Notes under the pieces: generated by a model
What the model saw: the letters and a program-made list of their open reading frames with translations, nothing else
Told to the model about the DNA's origin: nothing
The model's database searches: none
Position numbers and translations under genes: made by a program
From: the human T2T-CHM13v2.0 reference genome, Homo sapiens
Strand: one strand, 5' to 3'
Assembly: GCF_009914755.1 (NCBI RefSeq)
Contig: NC_060936.1
Length of the DNA: 64,000 nucleotides
Shown: positions 63,875 to 64,000 of the stretch, one piece after another
Numbering within the stretch: position 1 is the first letter of the stretch
How the letters are laid out: each line of letters starts with the position of its first letter

Positions 63875-64000
63875 ACTGAGTGCAGTGGTGCGTGCCTGTA
63901 GTCCCTGCTATTCAGGAGGCTGAGGTGGAAGGATCGCTCAAGTCTAGGAATTCTGACCTGTAGTGCACTATGCTGATCTGGTGTCCACACTAAGTTTGGC
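63875..64000 (+). pseudogene. 7SL (SRP RNA) pseudogene, cut by the window end
   Basis: Alu domain continues into S-domain-like CTATGCTGATCTGGTGTCCACACTAAGTTTGGC, which Alus lack; CpGs decayed. Confidence 0.9.

Overview
Primate (almost certainly human; recognised from memory as 12q15) genomic DNA, not prokaryotic. It holds two complete + strand genes. LYZ (lysozyme C) has 4 coding exons, 11339-16141, which splice to 447 nt or 148 aa. YEATS4/GAS41 has 7 coding exons, 22909-53287, which splice to 684 nt or 227 aa, with a CpG-island promoter. The rest is dense interspersed repeat: about 40 Alu/FLAM/FAM copies, L1, L2, MIR, MaLR LTRs, MER5A, MER44 and a 7SL pseudogene cut by the window end. YEATS4 intron 6 contains an antisense nest: L2 > old L1 > SVA, Alus and a MER11 LTR with a still-open HERV-K(HML-8)-type env TM remnant. 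I see no CRISPR array, operon or clearly new biological system. The best leads are the open L1-env chimeric ORF and its TSD-less junctions, stop-start coupled YEATS4 uORFs, two cryptic splice features in YEATS4 and several perfect palindromes. Exon coordinates were counted base by base. Repeat boundaries are approximate, and subfamily names come from recalled consensus sequences, not from a search.
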